Assembly (NCBI GenBank): GCA_965195345.1
Contig: OZ239628.1
Coordinates: 1,711,553-1,775,552, forward strand
DNA: 64,000 nucleotides
Source of the DNA: an uncultured Thiomicrospira sp.
GTDB lineage: Bacteria; Pseudomonadota; Gammaproteobacteria; CAKMZV01
Direction: 5' to 3'
Part shown: positions 60,500 to 64,000 of the stretch, piece by piece
Numbering within the stretch: the stretch's first letter is position 1
Layout: each line of letters starts with the position of its first letter
Program-made: the position numbers and the translations under genes
Notes under the pieces: model-generated
Told to the model about the DNA's origin: nothing
The model's input: only the letters and a program-made list of their open reading frames with translations
Database searches by the model: none

Positions 60500-62212
60500 T
60501 TATGATTGCGTCAATGAATCGTCAAATGCATACAAAAACCAATCATCTACTCCATTTATCTTCCCTTGTGAATCAACAAGCGGTGCGCCCTGAAATAAAG
60601 TAATGCGCAACCATAAATCAGATTTTGGGTCATATTTAACCGCACCAAAAAAAGACAGTTTTAATCGCAACAAGTCAATTGGATAAAATGATTTGTCAAT
60701 GATGTTGTACCTTACTTCACCATAAGGATTTTGATCGTAATTCAAAACACGTTTTACAATATCACTTTGTTCAGGGCAATCCAATAAAAAACGTGATAGC
60801 GTAGCTTTCTGATTCGTTGGCATCAATAACCATTGGTTTAAGCAATCGTATAGTTTATGTACTTTGAACCCTATATCAATAGGAAGCTCTTTTTCAGAAC
60901 CTGCTTCTACTTTCCTCTTTCCCCGACGAGGCTCTTCTTTTGTTTGCGATTGATACCAAAAAAAGTAATCGGCGTTGGGTGAAGAAAAATCAACGGCTAA
61001 CACCCATGAATAGTTCTTATGTATTTTTTCGAGCAATTCCAATGCAGTAACATCGACCATATTGTTAATCGACGATTCATGCGCAGAAAGTCGCAAATAT
61101 CGATCATATTTTCCTACGACCATAGGATACAGTTCCAATAATATATTTAAAAACAATTCTTCGGTTTCTGCTCCATATTTTTGTTGTTTGATTCCTTCCC
61201 AAATGTCTGCCCAGTTGCATTGAATGGGTTCTTTCAATGCATCAATTAAAAAAGATTCGCATAATGCCAGCTCTTTTATTAGACGTTCATTTTTGCTCAT
61301 CTGCAATGCATCCGGCACCTTTATTCCTCTAAAGAAAAACTGAGCACGTTGCACTAAAGCCATACAAGCATTTTTTTCGCTCAAACCCAATTCAGCACTA
61401 TGCACAATTTCATATAAAGCTTGTTCACGCTGCTTAACCCAACAATTCACCACACTAGGATGTTTGATTAAATAAGGCATCATCCCCAAACCCGTTGAAT
61501 TGCCAATACCAACGTAGCGAGCAATTCGTTCATCTAACGCAATAGCTTCTCTATTTTGTTGCTTAGCAAGGTACTCCACCCAGTCCAATGTAAACTTACG
61601 CACCATGAAAACAAGCATCATTTGAGCAGAGAAATGCTCTGAAAAAACCCCTGACTGCAGCTGCTCATAATCTGCCATGCCAAATTTCCCATTTCCATAA
61701 ACAGCCGTTGTACGAACTAAATAGCCAATCTTTTTCAACTCCTCAATACTAGGTGACTGGCCACTTGCTAGACTATCAATGACGTGTTGGAAAATACGTA
61801 CACTTTTATTGGCACGGGATATACTCAGCACTTTAGGAGAATATCGACCTCTTTCTTGTAGAGGCAGCTGCTTTGCTAATTGTGCAATATCACTTTCTTG
61901 CAATTGTCCTTGCCACAAACAACAAGTCATATCCCATGCTTCAGCAATAACACGATCATTGCGTAACGATGAATCAAGCGCTTGTGTGAAAAACAGCGCT
62001 TGGTATATTCCCTCATGCGTATGTATTTTGTAAGTAACATAACCCAATCCTTCAGAATCAAGCCGCCATTGATCCGGTTGTATTTCCCATGCTTTAGCAA
62101 TCATAACCCGTATCAATTTACGAGAAAAACTCATACAAGATGGATGAAATGAACCCAAGCGATCTGGATGCATCAATGATTCTGGAAATCTTAAGCACGG
62201 AAAATCAATCAT
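60500..62212 (-). CDS. hypothetical large protein (about 570-610 aa), unknown function
   Basis: The track ORF extends to 62332 and would overlap the dipeptidase by 82 nt. An internal Met (MIDFP..., 62212, or MHPDRL, 62173) is a more likely start. Confidence 0.45.
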   Translation of the reverse strand: MIDFPCLRFPESLMHPDRLGSFHPSCMSFSRKLIRVMIAKAWEIQPDQWRLDSEGLGYVTYKIHTHEGIYQALFFTQALDSSLRNDRVIAEAWDMTCCLWQGQLQESDIAQLAKQLPLQERGRYSPKVLSISRANKSVRIFQHVIDSLASGQSPSIEELKKIGYLVRTTAVYGNGKFGMADYEQLQSGVFSEHFSAQMMLVFMVRKFTLDWVEYLAKQQNREAIALDERIARYVGIGNSTGLGMMPYLIKHPSVVNCWVKQREQALYEIVHSAELGLSEKNACMALVQRAQFFFRGIKVPDALQMSKNERLIKELALCESFLIDALKEPIQCNWADIWEGIKQQKYGAETEELFLNILLELYPMVVGKYDRYLRLSAHESSINNMVDVTALELLEKIHKNYSWVLAVDFSSPNADYFFWYQSQTKEEPRRGKRKVEAGSEKELPIDIGFKVHKLYDCLNQWLLMPTNQKATLSRFLLDCPEQSDIVKRVLNYDQNPYGEVRYNIIDKSFYPIDLLRLKLSFFGAVKYDPKSDLWLRITLFQGAPLVDSQGKINGVDDWFLYAFDDSLTQS

Positions 62213-62250
62213 ATCAAACTTCACAAGATACTTTAAATTATGCAACGCAC

Positions 62251-63237
62251 TTATTCGCCACTTGGTCGCAATGCCTTTGAGAAATAGCGCAACCAATTCT
62301 CTCCCAATACTTTTGCAATATCTGCATCGCAAAAACCACTAAGTCGCATCGCAGGAGCAAGCTGTGCGAAATCACTCACTCTTCGAAACCAAGAAGGCTG
62401 TTTGGGCCAAACGTTTTGCTTATTAACATCTTCTCCATAATCCGCTTCTCTCGTCCAATGTCCATTACGCATGTATTCCAATGCTTCAATCGGTCTACCT
62501 TGACAAATATCACTGCCTATTCCAATATTCTCGAGTCCAACCATATCTCCCAATCGTTTCAGCTCATCCATGAGTTCATCCATCGTGCAATCGGATGTGT
62601 TTTTTAAATGAAATGGATAAAAACTTAATCCAAACATACCGCCCGATTCTACTAATTTCTTAATCAAATCATCCGACTTATTTCGCACTGCTTTTTTGAA
62701 TGTCAAACTGTGCGCATGAGTAATTGATATAGGTCGAGATGAATGCTCTATTGCCTCATAGGTCGATCGCTCAGAGCTATGCGACATATCAATCACCATA
62801 CCAACACGATTCATTTCAGCAATAGCAGCACGCCCAAAACGACTAAGCCCCGTATCTTCCATCTCATAACAACCACAACACAAATGCGACAAATTGTTAT
62901 AAGACAATTGCATAACGCCAACATTTAAGCGGCGATAAATTTGCAACATGTCAATATTATTCTCAATGGAAGAGCAATTTTGAAAACCAAATAAAATCCC
63001 AACACGTCCATCTTGCTTCATTTCCAAACCTTCTAATGAACAGGCAGAATAGAGCAAATCGGAATTTTGTTCAATAAACCGAAACCAATCACCTATGAAT
63101 GTTATGGTTTCGTGGATATTCTCCCAAAAAACTACTGTGACATGCACCATGTCCAATCCCGCTTGCTGTGCTTCCTCAAAATAAATTCGAGTTGGCTTTG
63201 GATACTGCAATGCATCAATATATATTGTTTTGTTCAT
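62251..63237 (-). CDS. membrane-dipeptidase (renal dipeptidase, M19) family zinc peptidase
   Basis: TIM-barrel M19 motifs (HVTVVFWEN..., MVIDMSH, GIGSDICQG), 328 aa. Confidence 0.75.
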   Translation of the reverse strand: MNKTIYIDALQYPKPTRIYFEEAQQAGLDMVHVTVVFWENIHETITFIGDWFRFIEQNSDLLYSACSLEGLEMKQDGRVGILFGFQNCSSIENNIDMLQIYRRLNVGVMQLSYNNLSHLCCGCYEMEDTGLSRFGRAAIAEMNRVGMVIDMSHSSERSTYEAIEHSSRPISITHAHSLTFKKAVRNKSDDLIKKLVESGGMFGLSFYPFHLKNTSDCTMDELMDELKRLGDMVGLENIGIGSDICQGRPIEALEYMRNGHWTREADYGEDVNKQNVWPKQPSWFRRVSDFAQLAPAMRLSGFCDADIAKVLGENWLRYFSKALRPSGE

Positions 63238-63902
63238 ATTAATAAGTACTCGTATAAAAACGCAGTATATTGTAATACTGCATCATTGGCCCTTGTGAAA
63301 TTATTGATATAAGTTATACCATCGATATTAAATTAGTGTATTAGTTGGATTCACGGGACAACAATTCCTTCCCCATAAACCTGCATTTCCATAAAAAAAT
63401 CAACATGATCATCCACACATTTCTAAGCCTGACGGCGATCATCATTGGTTTTAGATTAATAAAAATATGCTAAAATTAACCTACGGTCTTAGGGGCGTAT
63501 GGGCGTAGAAACCTGACTTAGAAGCCCTTAATCAATGCGGCTAATAATACAATGCTAATTTAGTGAAACTACGTGATGTCTTTAGTCTTTTAAATTTGCC
63601 CCATTCGCTTAATCTTTGCAATTGGTTGACCTATGAACATTATAGTATGACAAATGCTGGCATAATGCCAAAAAAAATAACACCAGAAAAATTGTTCGTT
63701 ATTATCCTAATCAACGTTAATGTGCACGATTATTGAATGAATATTCAACCAAGCGGTTTTAATTGGAATAAATTTAACCCTCTGCTTACAACACTTCGAT
63801 TGGTCAAGCTAACCGACTGAATCTTCCTATATGCCTTTTATTGACACCACTCATCACTATTAGAATGAATCAAAACTACTTTAACGAGACAATTACAAGC
63901 TA

Positions 63903-64000
63903 ATGTGTGGCATTTTTGGTTGGATTGACAACAGAATTACGTTGCAACACGCGGAACGGATGGTTCACGCCTTGCGGCATCGCGGACCTAATGACAACGG
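63903..64000 (+). CDS. asnB: asparagine synthase (glutamine-hydrolysing)-like, N-terminal fragment running off the window
   Basis: MCGIFGWIDN... class-II glutamine amidotransferase N-terminus with catalytic Cys2. Confidence 0.65.
   Translation, partial: MCGIFGWIDNRITLQHAERMVHALRHRGPNDN

Noticed and set aside
63067-63312. 81-aa plus-strand ORF overlapping the dipeptidase start region
   Set aside because: Low-complexity, overlaps the dipeptidase 5' end on the opposite strand, no RBS. Likely spurious.

Overview
This is a low-GC (roughly 38-40% by eye) gammaproteobacterial chromosomal segment. Gene content is vaguely Legionellales-like, but I cannot confirm taxonomy from sequence alone. About 70% of the window is ordinary core metabolism and envelope genes: purB, pepN, tpm, secA, hemL, cysE, ppa, adk, zapE, an amino-acid ABC transporter, an MsbA-like exporter, and GT39, O-antigen-ligase-like and GT87-like glycosylation genes.

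Two accessory insertions stand out.

(1) A decayed defense island at about 14.6-19.9 kb. Its centre is an intact 811-aa SIR2-NACHT/STAND NTPase. Around it lie a DUF1524/HNH-like nuclease fragment, a 55-codon TIR-domain fragment, a 2-TM membrane protein and the C-terminal half of a serine recombinase.

(2) At 44.6-51.0 kb, four tandem paralogous genes of about 221 aa sit directly upstream of a 1014-aa protein. The two middle copies form a roughly 99%-identical 710-bp tandem duplication. A duplicated leader and a 5' fragment of the large gene lie between copies 1 and 2. None of the five proteins has a signal peptide or a domain I can recognise, and all have Ser-rich tails ending in acidic residues. 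This looks like a recently expanding, gene-converting two-component toxin or effector-like module.

That array is inserted into what otherwise reads as a tetrahydrofolate-dependent demethylation and osmolyte catabolic supercluster. Upstream are a dimethylglycine/sarcosine-dehydrogenase-like gene, two GcvT-family aminomethyltransferases and an MTHFR-like gene. Downstream is an operon of acyl-CoA dehydrogenase, GcvT-like demethylase, AMP-ligase and a creatinase/M24 gene, then ProVW betaine-type transporter genes, a LysE exporter, an M19 dipeptidase and two unknown proteins. An asnB-like gene starts at the window end.
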